Below, one piece after another: positions 14,460 through 26,197 of a stretch of 64,000 bases of DNA (the stretch's first letter is position 1; each line of letters begins with the position of its first letter). Location: IMG/VR virus record IMGVR_UViG_3300010399_000032. One strand, given 5' to 3'. The notes beneath the pieces were generated by a model. That model was given only the letters and a program-made list of their open reading frames with translations. It was not told the DNA's origin and ran no database searches. The DNA is from a virus. Made by a program: the position numbers and the translations under genes.

Positions 14460-14473
14460 TTTATATCCTATTA

Positions 14474-14551
14474 TGGTGCTCCCACTGGGATTCGAACCCA
14501 GACTGGGCGGGATTTAAATCCGCTGCCTCCTACCGGTTGGGCTATGAGAGC
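14474..14551 (-). tRNA. tRNA-Leu(UAA), short variable loop
   Basis: Loop TT TAA AT, A73, CCA. Confidence 0.87.
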
Positions 14552-14563
14552 AATTTCTAAAAC

Positions 14564-14640
14564 TGGTGCTCCTGGAGGAACTCGAATCCTCACTTGACAC
14601 CTCCTCAAGGTGGTTCCTCTACCTATTGGGATACAGGAGC
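14564..14640 (-). tRNA. tRNA-Leu(GAG), short variable loop
   Basis: Loop TT GAG GA, A73, CCA. Confidence 0.87.
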
Positions 14641-15359
14641 TAATTTATTCATGTATTCTATACCAGAATTGGTGATCTTGGCAAGAGTAACTTTTTTACG
14701 AACACCATCACCAATTCGGCACAATGTCATATATTTATGACTCAAAAGGAATTTCATTGCTGGTTCTTGCACCAGGGCGAAGCACCATTTGATATTCACA
14801 GAAACTCCATCAAGTGCATGGGCCCTATGAAGGATTTCCAGTTTTCTCTTTGCAGAATTGGAAATCCTATTACTCATGTCGTATACCTAAACACAAAATC
14901 CTTCTTAGGACCACGTTTTGTACTAGCATATGGATAAAACTTACCCTTGATCCTCTTCCTTATAGTCACCACAAAAGCCCTCATGGAACCAATATGCCAA
15001 TGATCAACACCAGGTTGCTTTACATTGTAGAGACGCCAAGGTACCTTCACCTCACCGGCTGAATTTGCATCGCGCCAGGCATTCCGACGTTCGGCGCGAT
15101 ATGTACTCGAATCTCTAATCATTCCACTTTCTCCAATTCAGGTCCTTTTAGGAAGGTATTGAAATCGAAATCCTTACCTTTTTGGACAATCCTAGCTCGG
15201 GTAAATCCCTCATAGAAATTTGGAGAGATTTCCTTGGCCTGTGGTAGAGTTGAAATGAAAACTCGACCGGCGATCTGATTTTCTACGGGTTCCTCGAAAC
15301 GGGCTCGACCATAGAAATATTCAACAAAAAATTCAGGGGTTTCCATGACAATTCCAAAA

Positions 15360-15441
15360 TGGTGATCCTGGCCGGGCTCGAACCGACATACTCCACTTAC
15401 GCTATTAACGACCGCTTAGAAGGCGGTGGCGATACAGGACC
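15360..15441 (-). tRNA. Non-canonical tRNA-Arg(UCU) without a conventional D-arm
   Basis: Same 82-nt layout as 4333-4414; ACCGC-CT TCT AA-GCGGT, ACCA. Confidence 0.75.
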
Positions 15442-16044
15442 ATGAGTTATTATTTATACGATATACACTGTCTTTTTATCATCCACAGGGTTTTCTCGTG
15501 GAATATAGACGTGATCAACTGGGTCATAAATGACCTCGACACCATCGATGGTCAACTTTCCGGTATACTTATCACGAGTTGCTACAGTAGTTTCTGGCCA
15601 AATGAACCGACCAATGCCAGCACCGGCCATCACAAGATCAATTGGTCCTTTACGCAATCCAAGTTTCCGAGCCATTTTTTTCTCCAGATAAGTTACCGTC
15701 GGGAAGGTCATGATAGGATTTCTAGTCTAGCTTAAGAACTAGCCCTCTGGTTCCCCGTTTCCTTCCCGACGGCATTCGCCTTTTCATATGCACCATCCAA
15801 TATAAGCTTTTCCCTTAGGAATTCAAGAGCATTTTTAAACTTTCTGCATCAGGGGCGAAAGTTTCCTGCCCCTCGCGAATAGCCAAGAAACCATGAACCA
15901 TTGCATGAGAGAAATCTACCTCGCGACTCTCATATATCACATCCCAACCACCATCAAAATGGAAAACTGGCTTAAAACTACCATCCGGGTGTGTCTTAAA
16001 TGTCACACTCCGAAAACCAGTCAGATTGCGAATATTAAACGTGT

Positions 16045-16617
16045 TCATGGAGTTTTCCCTTCCCACTCCATATGGTGATTGACGTAAATATCTTCAACCC
16101 TTTTCCAGACATACCAGGCATGATCTTCTGTACCGGTAGTAGGACCTGAGAACCATTTGATACGATCTAGCAGCGCTATCTTTCCCCAGAACCGTCGATT
16201 ATCTCGAAATAGGTGGGTCCTGGATTTACCAAAATCAAACTTAGCAGTCAGGAGTAAGGCAACCGTTCCTGGGCACCTGGAGAGCGCCAATTCAGCAAAC
16301 TTAACCGCATCCCGGTTACCTTTACCGTAGGGCGGATTGGTTATGATCATATCGAATTTTTGTTCGATGGTCGAATTATTAGCATTCAAAAAATTATAGG
16401 TGAAATTATGCTCTCGATTATAGGTCTTGATATCGGATGATATAACCGTGGCCCCATTATCTCGCAATACATCCGCCAATAAATGATTCCCGGCAGCCGG
16501 TTCCCATACTGTTCGGCCTTGAATTTCAATATGACGGAGCAAAGCTTCGGTTGCCCAAGGCTCTGTTTGATAGAGGTCATTTTCTTTTCGGGCATAATTC
16601 GACGCCACTACGGTCAA
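16045..16617 (-). CDS. DNA amino-methyltransferase (likely N6-adenine)
   Basis: D-x-Y-x-T, WEPAAG SAM motif, ITNPPY catalytic motif. Confidence 0.85.
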   Translation of the reverse strand: MTVVASNYARKENDLYQTEPWATEALLRHIEIQGRTVWEPAAGNHLLADVLRDNGATVISSDIKTYNREHNFTYNFLNANNSTIEQKFDMIITNPPYGKGNRDAVKFAELALSRCPGTVALLLTAKFDFGKSRTHLFRDNRRFWGKIALLDRIKWFSGPTTGTEDHAWYVWKRVEDIYVNHHMEWEGKTP

Positions 16618-16725
16618 GAGGGCACCTTATGAAGTGGAGGTCCTCCACATTTCTCAATAAATGCAATTATCATTACAGCACCACAAATGACTAAGTTACA
16701 TAACATGAATAGATCAGTCAAAGAA

Positions 16726-17058
16726 TTAAGCACCATTTGCAATAATCCTATGAACTCCAGATTTCGAAACTCCCATTTGACGTGCGATTTCGGCCCCATT
16801 TAAAGTCTTAGCAAGCTTTAGAACCTCGGCATGATTAATAGGGCGCCGAATTCTTTTTGTGACGATTTCATTATGTTTTAGATGTGATTTAATATTCACA
16901 TCCTCCAACTGTTGGATGTAATTCATCAACGGTTGAATCGTACCAAACGCCAAATATCGGTCCGTCATAAAACTTGCATCTGAAACCAATGCTATTGGTT
17001 TGACAAGGCGTTCCTGAACCGCGGTAACCGACTTCATAAATTGCTTATTCATTTTCAC
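16726..17058 (-). CDS. HTH DNA-binding protein
   Basis: C-terminal AEIARQMGVSKSGVHRII. Confidence 0.7.
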   Translation of the reverse strand: MKMNKQFMKSVTAVQERLVKPIALVSDASFMTDRYLAFGTIQPLMNYIQQLEDVNIKSHLKHNEIVTKRIRRPINHAEVLKLAKTLNGAEIARQMGVSKSGVHRIIANGA

Positions 17059-17090
17059 TTCACCTTTTCATTCTCTAGATAGAATAGAAA

Positions 17091-19597
17091 TTATAGCCGT
17101 TCCGAATAAACGTGGAAAACCAAACCGTCCGTCTGAATGGTACCAAGGAAATCACCTGATCCCTGAGGATCCATCGGATGACCGGTACCATAGATATGGA
17201 TAGCATACTTAAATGGATCGGTATCAGGTAGTACCTCTGCCCACAGACAGAGGGTTTCATTCCCAGCAAAATCCTTCTGAATAGCTACAGAGATAGGATG
17301 CCCAGATGGAATCTCAAGCTCCTGGTACTCAATTGGCTTGAGCGGGTACTTCCAAATCGTGCGAGTATGCATAATAACTCCTTAGAACCAACCCAGCACA
17401 GCGCCGAGCGGAAAGAAGAAAATACCAATACCACGCAATACTTCAATTGCGGTAATGGCAGTTGAATCCTGGACTTCACCCACCAACTTGATGATATTAT
17501 CGACCCAGCCGATGCCACCAATGAACAGGAAGCTTACCCAGCTAAGGATCATGAATAGACCCGCACCAGCACCAAGAGTGGTATTACCACCCACATTAGA
17601 CTTAGACATATTTTAATTCCCTATTTCAGTTGTTTTTCGGTGGAGAAAGTTAACCATTTCAACCACTACTGGAGTACCACCACCGTTTCGGTACTTCGCC
17701 AGGTAGCTTGCCAAATCGCTATTTCCCACAATAAGGGCCTGATCGGGTTCACTAACCCAATCGGCATTAGGTCCCAAGAAATAGAGATTATTCTCAGTCT
17801 TATATCCGGCGGCATACCGGAATTGCCCATAATTATGTAGGCGAGTTTCTGTCTTTGTGTCAGTCATTCATTTTATCCCGCAAAGGCATAGTAAATTCAA
17901 CATAGGTTTTTCCAGGAGTTGGATCTGGACCATTATCGGTAAACCATAAAACGGCTTTACCGGCTTCGGTGATCTTTTTATCTTCGGTCACCAAGCCTTG
18001 GAGGACCAGATCCCATCCACAATTAGGATAGACGAATTTACCATCCCATTCACCAGTTTCCGTAAACTTTGCGCAAGTTTTGAGCAAAGCCAACTGGTCC
18101 GACTGTTTAAGTTTATCATCATTATTGTTAATTTTTGAACTCCTGATCTTCAAGATCCGTTGTGATAACCGTTTGTTTGTTGTAAAAATAAACCCGGATA
18201 CTTTCCGGCTTTAAATCCCAGGACGGCCCATAAGGGGTTAAACGGCCGGCAGCCTGTAACGCTTCATCCGGTGTTTCATACAAAATTCTGTAATTGCCAT
18301 CATAGGTCGTCCATGCCGGATATCGATTATTATCCGTCATACCACCATCAATTGTGCCAGCGTAAAGCGTTAAACCGGTCTTGGTTTTGGCCCGGCAATA
18401 ATAACCAGTCACACAAGAAGTCTGCACATCCTTAGTCATGTCACACCAGATATTGGATCGGAGCCTTGAGAAGGAAACAAGTTCCTTCCAAGTCCATTGT
18501 CTCAAGATAATCGAAGTTTGCCTTCGGGAACTTCTCGGGGTTGGTCAGGATATTTCGAGCACAGAGGACATTATTCCTCAGGATACCCCAATTAACATCC
18601 TCTAAGGTATCCCATCCAAATTCGCGACCAATCCAGGTCTGAGTAATACGCTCAGTCATTCTTAGTCTCCTTTGCCGGAACCAAGTTAATGGTGACAGGA
18701 ATCAACTTACATCCATAAGAAGTCCAACGATCTTGAGACTTCTTAGTCCATCCAATAACCTCAGCCTCTTGGATATTATCTGTTTGACTTCCACCAAGCT
18801 TGGCATAGGTTCCATCACGGAATTGGACAATGTACCTTTGATTATTGGCCATTCCAACCTCACTGATTACACATAGGATATAGTGATTATTGGCCCTCCG
18901 GCAAGAAAGAAAATGTAGAAAATCCTACTCTATTTCAAAGGAAACGCGAAAATCATCATCAAGATTGAGCGGTTTGTAGTTTTTCCTTGTCATAAAGGAA
19001 GGGGTCCACCCATTAAAAGCACCACCGTTGCTCGCAAACTTCTTAAATTTAAGGGCATCCTCCTCAAAAACAAAGGTTTCGACTATCTGTTCCGATGCAT
19101 TTTCATAGACAGACCAGAGGAAATCACCTTCGGCAGACTGCCCGACAATAACATCATACATTTTCATAGTTTATCGCTCCATAATCTTGAGTATAATTAT
19201 AAGTATAGTTATGTTTTGGATAAGGAACTACAACTTCAACGGTTGCATGTAAGCGTTTAGGAGTATGATATAATGTTTCATCACCAATAACAACTAAACC
19301 TTTTTCATGTAATTCGAAAGCAAGTTCTTTAATGAGTAAATCTATATATGATTTTTTGATTTCAGTTTGATCGGTTACATTCATGGCATCATATGCATAA
19401 TCTAATTGAACATGATTGGTTAGTGTTTTGGTGTCACGGTAAAAAGGTTTTGGTTGATAAATTACTTGATTTTGTGCAGTTTTCTCACCATGGTCCTTGA
19501 GATAGTTCTTGCAAAATTCTATTCTATCACTGGAACTATTACATTTTCCAGCCTTATATTCGAATTTAGTCTGTTCTATTAAATCATCTTCAAACAT
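17091..19597 (-). other. Run of tightly coupled small hypothetical ORFs (17091-17372, 17382-17609, 17613-17867, 17860-18153, 18128-~18438, ~18441-18659, 18652-18852, 18925-19167, 19154-19597)
   Basis: Abutting or overlapping minus-strand frames, several with SD motifs; no recognisable domains. Confidence 0.55.
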
Positions 19598-20961
19598 TAT
19601 ACTTTCAAACCAGAGAATTTGTTCCTATGCTCGGGCTCCTCCTGACCGGAATCTGAAATGTTTTCCTGTGCCGACTGATCTACATCATACAACCTCATCT
19701 TAGCCCTGTCAATCCCAATGACAAACTTACGATCTAAGGAAACATCACGATATCGATTCTTAAGTTGTTTTATTTGAATTTGATTTAGGTCCTGGAGTTC
19801 GGGGGAATTGATGATGGCAACCATGAAATCTGCCGTGGCAGGAAGACCAAAGGATTCTGAGACATCCTCCATACCAACATCGGAATTAATTGAGCCGGAC
19901 CTAGTTGTCTGTGTTGCCGTAATGATTGGTACGGCAAATTCAACGGCCAAACCGCGAAGTTCTTCGGCAATAGCCTTAATATATGAATAGGAGTTAACAT
20001 TGGCACCTTGCTTTAATCGAGCCGATGCGCAGATATTGAGATAGTCAATAATGATAACATCGGGAGTGAAATTCTTCTTAAGTAGTAGTTCATTCAATAA
20101 TGCTTTGAAATGAATAGATGAAGCTGTTGCTGTTGGATATTCCTTAACAACTAATTTACCTTGGGCCTTGGTCTTAACCATCTGAGCCCGTTTCATGTAC
20201 ATATCCATGGATAGAGCCATCAGGTCATCCATGGTTAAATTCATCAGATTGGCATCAATACGGCGGGCAACTTCTTCTTCGGCCAATTCAAGGGTAATAT
20301 ATAAAACATTTTTACCTTGCACGAGAAAGGACGCAGCCATATGACACATGGTCAATGACTTACCTACACCCACACCAGCCATAATGACATTAAGTGTTTT
20401 CTTTGGTAACCCGCCCTTGGTGATACGATTGAAGTATTCTATATCGAAAGGAATACGATCTTCAACCTTATGGTAATATTCATATCTCTCTTGGAATAAT
20501 TCCATATAGTCATGGCCAACATTCGGATCAAAGGTCATGCCTACGGCTTTGGCCATTAGGTCAGGAATTGCACTTTTGGATAAAGAATGATGAGTGCCTT
20601 TGGTAATTTCAATAGACTTCATCAAGGCAAGATAGATGGCCTTATCCTGACAAAAGGTCTCGGTTGAATCTATCAACCAACCTTGATTTTCCTTTTCTTC
20701 TGAATCCCTAAATGATTGGAGCGTAGTAAGCGCGGTTTTTACCTGATCATCAGATAGATCAGGGGTATTTTTGATTTCAACTTCCAATGCTTCCACATTT
20801 GGGAGAGCATTATATTTGATCGTAAAATTCTTTATTTGTTGGAAAAGACTCCGTTCCTCAGGAACGGTGAAGTATTCATCTAGAAGAAATGGCAGGACCT
20901 TCTTGGAATAATCCTCATTTGTTATCAGGTTCCTCAGAATAATGGTCTCTATCGTTTTCAT
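19597..20961 (-). CDS. 41: Replicative DnaB-like helicase (T4 gp41)
   Basis: AGVGVGKS Walker A, YITLE, IIIDYL, SESFGLPATAD. Confidence 0.96.
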   Translation of the reverse strand: MKTIETIILRNLITNEDYSKKVLPFLLDEYFTVPEERSLFQQIKNFTIKYNALPNVEALEVEIKNTPDLSDDQVKTALTTLQSFRDSEEKENQGWLIDSTETFCQDKAIYLALMKSIEITKGTHHSLSKSAIPDLMAKAVGMTFDPNVGHDYMELFQERYEYYHKVEDRIPFDIEYFNRITKGGLPKKTLNVIMAGVGVGKSLTMCHMAASFLVQGKNVLYITLELAEEEVARRIDANLMNLTMDDLMALSMDMYMKRAQMVKTKAQGKLVVKEYPTATASSIHFKALLNELLLKKNFTPDVIIIDYLNICASARLKQGANVNSYSYIKAIAEELRGLAVEFAVPIITATQTTRSGSINSDVGMEDVSESFGLPATADFMVAIINSPELQDLNQIQIKQLKNRYRDVSLDRKFVIGIDRAKMRLYDVDQSAQENISDSGQEEPEHRNKFSGLKV

Positions 20962-21268
20962 CGTCTTCCTTTATTCCTACACTGTCTAGAATTAATTGAT
21001 TCAAGATCACCCCGGCAACCTTATTAAATAAATGATCACTCTTTAGATCATCCGAATCAGGAGTGTGGTCACCATCATATGGTATATGCAAAATATGATA
21101 ACCAAATTTAAGTTTGGCTGTACCATCCTTTTCTTCCGAAATCTTAACCTCGGTATATCGGTAAATAATCCCTCGATATTTACCCAGGAGTAATTCAACC
21201 GGAACAGTTTCCGGAGAATTCGCATCAGCCAAATCGTCCCGAAATCTATAATCAACACCAAAGATCAT
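20915..21268 (-). CDS. Probable gp40-like head assembly chaperone
   Basis: Size and position between uvsX and 41 as in T4; sequence identity not confirmed. Confidence 0.5.
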   Translation of the reverse strand: MIFGVDYRFRDDLADANSPETVPVELLLGKYRGIIYRYTEVKISEEKDGTAKLKFGYHILHIPYDGDHTPDSDDLKSDHLFNKVAGVILNQLILDSVGIKEDDENDRDHYSEEPDNK

Positions 21269-22356
21269 TCATCAACCTCCTCTATTTCAGCCATCTCCTT
21301 TTCCTTAGCCAGGAGGTCTCCAGTGCCAAGGGCATAGGTAGACTTGAGATAATCCTTAAATTCTTGTTTAGAAAGAACGGTTTCCCAAATCTCATCCGAA
21401 TGAGAGATTTCATCTTCGGAATATTCTTCTCCAAAGAATTCACCATTTTCATCAATCTGTTGGAAGACACCTTTCTTAACCTTGGCAATCAATCCAAAAT
21501 CTATTGCATTACTTAGAAGACCCGACCAACGATTAATACCACCATCAAAAGTCACATTAATAGGAATCTTGGATTTCTCTTTAACATACCGAGATTTTTC
21601 GATAGTTATATTGAAATTATAACCGGTGACCTGAGTACCTTCCTTTTCCTGTTCACGCCCAATAAACCAAATGGTTGAAGATGAATAAACCGCACCTAAA
21701 CCACCTGACATAACCTGTTTAGGAAATAAACCCATTTCTTTATAGGTATGATTGATAGCAACAAGAGGAATATCCTTAATGGTTAGGATCGGAGTTACCA
21801 TTCGGAATAATGATTTAAGAGCCCTAGCCCTGGTCATATCAGCTACATGCTTATCCGATAATGCATCTTCAATTTCCTTGATCGATGGTACATTACCAAT
21901 CGAATCAATAATGATGAATACCTTATCACCTCGATCTAATCCTTCTAATTGAACCATCATATCCGTCTTAAGTTTTTCGATATTCTCAATAGGGGTATGG
22001 AGAATTCTCTTAGGATCGATATCAAGGCTTTCAAAATATTTCTTGGGTGTACCAAACTCATTATCATAAAATAGTAAGATACCTTCAGGATACTGGTCTA
22101 AAAATGCCTTGGCCATAACCAAGGCAAACAGAGATTTGAAATGCTTAGGAGGGCCAGCAATTGTAGTAAGACCGGGAATAACACCACCATCTGGATCAGC
22201 CGACAAAGCAACATTCATCATAGGAATTGTTGTTGGGATCATTTCAGCTTTATCATATATCTTTGATTGGTCAAGGACTGCGGCATCTTTGATTGTACTC
22301 CGAGCGAGCAATTTCTCCATCAAGGGAGACTTTTTTGATTTATCAGATTTCGACAT
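21265..22356 (-). CDS. uvsX: RecA-like recombinase UvsX
   Basis: AGPPKHFKS, FYDNEFG, IDSIGN, ADMTRA, INHTY. Confidence 0.96.
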   Translation of the reverse strand: MSKSDKSKKSPLMEKLLARSTIKDAAVLDQSKIYDKAEMIPTTIPMMNVALSADPDGGVIPGLTTIAGPPKHFKSLFALVMAKAFLDQYPEGILLFYDNEFGTPKKYFESLDIDPKRILHTPIENIEKLKTDMMVQLEGLDRGDKVFIIIDSIGNVPSIKEIEDALSDKHVADMTRARALKSLFRMVTPILTIKDIPLVAINHTYKEMGLFPKQVMSGGLGAVYSSSTIWFIGREQEKEGTQVTGYNFNITIEKSRYVKEKSKIPINVTFDGGINRWSGLLSNAIDFGLIAKVKKGVFQQIDENGEFFGEEYSEDEISHSDEIWETVLSKQEFKDYLKSTYALGTGDLLAKEKEMAEIEEVDE

Positions 22357-24911
22357 TAGATTTCTTTCTTTTTCATAAAACGCGACAAGGAACTAACTTT
22401 TTCTGTCTTCCATCCAATCGAATCCAAAATAATCTTAAGTGGTTCAACGAAAGACTTTTCATATTGAATATTATAATCTATATATCGATCCATGTCAAGT
22501 TCCTTTGGCAGGTTATTATGACAGGCAATAATATTACTCTTGGCTAGATTAGGTTCCTTAAGATAAATGAACTTAATCTTTTCACCTTCCTTAATCATAG
22601 GATATTTCTTTGTGAGACCGTATTCGGATAGGAGGCGATTATAAACAATCGATCCTCGGACATGGATGGGAGTATGGAGAGGTTCTGCCATATATTTCTT
22701 GATACCATTCACCCCACGTGGGAATGCAATATCGGAAACTGGCAAGGTTTTGAATTCTTCTCGGAAATCTTTGATGAATCCAATAATATCGGCCTCGGTA
22801 CCAGACAGGATAAGCTTAATTGCTTCATTAAGTTTGGTTCGGCAGGCCTTAGGAGTACTAGATTTCTTCACCTCTAGACCCATAACCTTGATTTCGGGTT
22901 CGGCATATTCTACGCCTTCATTATCCCACACATTCAGGATATAACGTTTCTTAGCTGTCCAAATTGCTCGGTCAGCCAAGGCTTCACGTTTCATTATCAT
23001 TTTTTGGGAATAAGCGTTTACATACGCAGCAAGGTCTTGATAAGATTTATCAATATAAGGTTGAATTTTATCCTTACAAATACGATCCATGAATCGGATA
23101 CGATCCCGAGTACTCTTAGCCGAGTACGTTTCGCCAAGAGATTCTTTAACCAATCGATCAAGAGAGAGGTAAATTGAGTCCGTATCCGAAGCAATAACAT
23201 AATCCACATCCGTGGTTTTGAGTATCCTATTCATATATAGGTTTACTTTATTTTGTATCCACTGGATTGAGAATTGACCACCTGTCGTAACTCCGATCGC
23301 AATACGTAGATCGAAGAATCTGAAATAAGGGGTTCCCATTGCTCCATAGAGGGAGTTGAGACATACTTTCTTTGAAAGTTGGAGATTTTTAAAACGGGAG
23401 ATTCTTTTTTTGATATCAAATTTTTTAGTTGGATCGGTCTCATGTTGAAGTTCCTCCTGAGCCTTAAGCATTAGTTTCTTATATCTCTGTCGGTCATCAA
23501 ACATCTTTTCCGTCATTTCAGGCATAAACCCTTTCTTGATGGTGGAAAAGAATTGACCATTAGGGGTAATTGTAACGTGGTCGGTCGCCAATCCAGATAA
23601 ATCACAACCCTGCGCCAAGAATTTCTCAACAGAAACACCTTGCGCAATAATTCGACGCATATTAGGGGTATAATTCGAAGGATCCACTAAGGTTTCAGGG
23701 CTTAGATTATACATCATGATCAGGCTAGGATACAGTGATGTTAAGTCAAATCCAGCAACATTTTCATGCTGCCCGATCAGAGGATCTTTAACATATGCAC
23801 CTTCATATCTCTCCGACTTAGAATGATCCTCGGCCATAGGCATGACTTTATTTTGCTTTTTGAGGTGATTATAGCAAAGTGTATGCCACATTCTCACCTG
23901 AGAGAAAGCATCCTCAAAATTACTCTTAGAGTCATATGCCAAAGTCAAGGCAAGTTCAATTAACCTGAGTTTATCCTCAAGTTTCTCAACTAGTTCCACG
24001 TCTTGGATATTATATTCAATAAACTTTTGGTAATTGGTTTTATAGAGGAGATAAAGTGTGCCTTCATCCTCATACGATAGCTTACCGATGTTTAATTCAA
24101 AATTACCAATAGCATCAAGTTTATATGACTCTTGAGATTTTCCTTCAGGAGCATATCTTTGGTAAAGATCGATATAATCTAGAGCAGAAATACCCAGAAG
24201 GGTATAGGTCTTGAATTCTCGCCCAGGCCCAAAATCAATCTGTTTATCATTGATCACGCCCCAAGGGGAAAGTTTTTTTGACCATTCATCACCAAACAAG
24301 TTATTAATACGATTAACAAGATAAGGAATATCAAAGAAACGTATATTCCAGCCGGTCACCACATCAGGATAATCAGACATCCACCAAGAAATAAAGCCCT
24401 TAAGCATAGCCAATTCATCAAGGAATTTATGATACATTACATCGGGTCGGGTTGTGGTGAAATCACCATACCCAAATACATGTATTTTACCTCGCGATTT
24501 TGTGGTGATTGCGGTTACAGGCCAGGTGGCGATAGAGGCCTCGGGAAATCCATCATCGGACCCCACCTCAATATCGATATCGGCAATATTCAGGTGAGAA
24601 ATATCCCACTGAATATCTTCCTCAGGGTGCTCATCAGCAATGAAGTTGTACTCATAAGAGGTATACCCAAATATACGAAAATTGGCCGTATCCTTATACT
24701 TCTCAATAAATTCACGACAATCCTTGATGCTGCCTGGCTTGATTGGAGCCACATGTTCACCAAAGATTGTCGTGATACCCGTCGCGGAAGGAGACGGTAA
24801 GTAAAGGGTTGGTTGGTAATCTATCTTATATCGTACTGGATGACCGTTTTCAATGCCTCTATAGAGAACCTTACCGCCCCAATTGGTAACGTTCGTATAA
24901 TATTTGACCAT
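22356..24911 (-). CDS. 43: Family B DNA polymerase (T4 gp43)
   Basis: DIEV exonuclease, FDLTSLYPS, KVCLNSLYG, SDTDS, KKRY. Confidence 0.97.
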   Translation of the reverse strand: MVKYYTNVTNWGGKVLYRGIENGHPVRYKIDYQPTLYLPSPSATGITTIFGEHVAPIKPGSIKDCREFIEKYKDTANFRIFGYTSYEYNFIADEHPEEDIQWDISHLNIADIDIEVGSDDGFPEASIATWPVTAITTKSRGKIHVFGYGDFTTTRPDVMYHKFLDELAMLKGFISWWMSDYPDVVTGWNIRFFDIPYLVNRINNLFGDEWSKKLSPWGVINDKQIDFGPGREFKTYTLLGISALDYIDLYQRYAPEGKSQESYKLDAIGNFELNIGKLSYEDEGTLYLLYKTNYQKFIEYNIQDVELVEKLEDKLRLIELALTLAYDSKSNFEDAFSQVRMWHTLCYNHLKKQNKVMPMAEDHSKSERYEGAYVKDPLIGQHENVAGFDLTSLYPSLIMMYNLSPETLVDPSNYTPNMRRIIAQGVSVEKFLAQGCDLSGLATDHVTITPNGQFFSTIKKGFMPEMTEKMFDDRQRYKKLMLKAQEELQHETDPTKKFDIKKRISRFKNLQLSKKVCLNSLYGAMGTPYFRFFDLRIAIGVTTGGQFSIQWIQNKVNLYMNRILKTTDVDYVIASDTDSIYLSLDRLVKESLGETYSAKSTRDRIRFMDRICKDKIQPYIDKSYQDLAAYVNAYSQKMIMKREALADRAIWTAKKRYILNVWDNEGVEYAEPEIKVMGLEVKKSSTPKACRTKLNEAIKLILSGTEADIIGFIKDFREEFKTLPVSDIAFPRGVNGIKKYMAEPLHTPIHVRGSIVYNRLLSEYGLTKKYPMIKEGEKIKFIYLKEPNLAKSNIIACHNNLPKELDMDRYIDYNIQYEKSFVEPLKIILDSIGWKTEKVSSLSRFMKKKEI

Positions 24912-24918
24912 TTAAACC

Positions 24919-25302
24919 TTAGTTATTGTTAGAACCTCGTGGCAAAACAATAGGTGGAGAAGAAGATTGGATAATCGTAGAAAAAATCGATTTATACTGA
25001 TCCACAAATTGTTTTGTAGGGTTCATTATAGCAATAACCGAGGTTTTGTCAATGTTAATTTGTGTATCATCAGTGAATTGGGCCCAAGGAAGTAAACCAA
25101 CTTGTGGGCTCTTAGGATTAGTTGGATTAGGAAACATTACAATCCTGACAGGATTGAATAAGTTAATTACCATTGAAACGGTATTGGTATTTGTTTCGGC
25201 AATAATTTCATCACCATTCACCAACTTAAGGTATTTGATCGGTTTAACTTGTTTTGCTGGTTCTGGTTGACGCTCACGGTCTCTATTTGATACTAAATCC
25301 AT
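24919..25302 (-). CDS. Conserved T4-like phage protein, possibly Sm-like fold
   Basis: LKLVNGDEIIAE motif, shared with 59961-60440. Confidence 0.55.
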   Translation of the reverse strand: MDLVSNRDRERQPEPAKQVKPIKYLKLVNGDEIIAETNTNTVSMVINLFNPVRIVMFPNPTNPKSPQVGLLPWAQFTDDTQINIDKTSVIAIMNPTKQFVDQYKSIFSTIIQSSSPPIVLPRGSNNN

Positions 25303-26197
25303 GGATTTGGTCCTATCTGTACTTTCTTAAGTTTTCCACATTTATCACAAACCTGGGCATATAATTTTCCCGATGGAATTTCCTTGCCGGGGGCCCATAT
25401 TTCAATTTCTTCCTTGATAGACCATTTATGTATATGCCCAAGGAATAACCATTGCAAAAGCCTAATCATTATACATCCAAATCAAAAAGGTAATCATAAA
25501 CTCCGAGAATTATCCACTTGAATGGAATAACCGAAACAGGATTACCGCTTTCGGATTTATAGACATAGGCATTCGCCTCGTCCCTGATCTTTCCCAATCT
25601 CTCCCATTTGCCATCGAAGGCGCGTTGCTTAAAGGCGGTTTCTAAAATTTGCATTTCTTTTTTCCTTTTCTTTCAGTGCAAAATTACGAATAAAAGGTGG
25701 TAATGGAACTTTGAAATAATCAAGCCAGTTCAACATTAACTGGAGTGGCCAGAAAATGACTATACTTAAATAATGGAAGGTGTTGTATTGATGATAGATA
25801 AATCGGTTCGATTCTGCAACCACCACCCCCAATGCTATCCAGAGGAAAATCCAATCAAACATGTATAAAATTTCCAACTACAATATTAACATTGGATATG
25901 GCTGCACTAGCGCGGTTCAATGGTTCCCTCGCTGATATTTGGGCCCACTGAGCCTTTCGAAGCCCCAATGTGATTTTAGTATCAACCTTATATGATACAC
26001 CCAATCTAACTTGTTTACTGAGAGGAATAATTGTGTCAAACATTTAATATTATGGCCAGATTCACGTCCAAAACCTCGCGAGGTTTTGCGTCCATTGCAA
26101 TATATTTCGACCATACTTTATGGGTATTTCCTACCACCTTTACTTTAATAGGTCGGTGATCAAACGTAATTTGTTTTGCTGTATTCATGATTTTAAT

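Noticed and set aside
19597-24911. Introns or inteins in genes 41, uvsX and 43
   Set aside because: Frames are continuous with lengths typical of T4-like orthologues.
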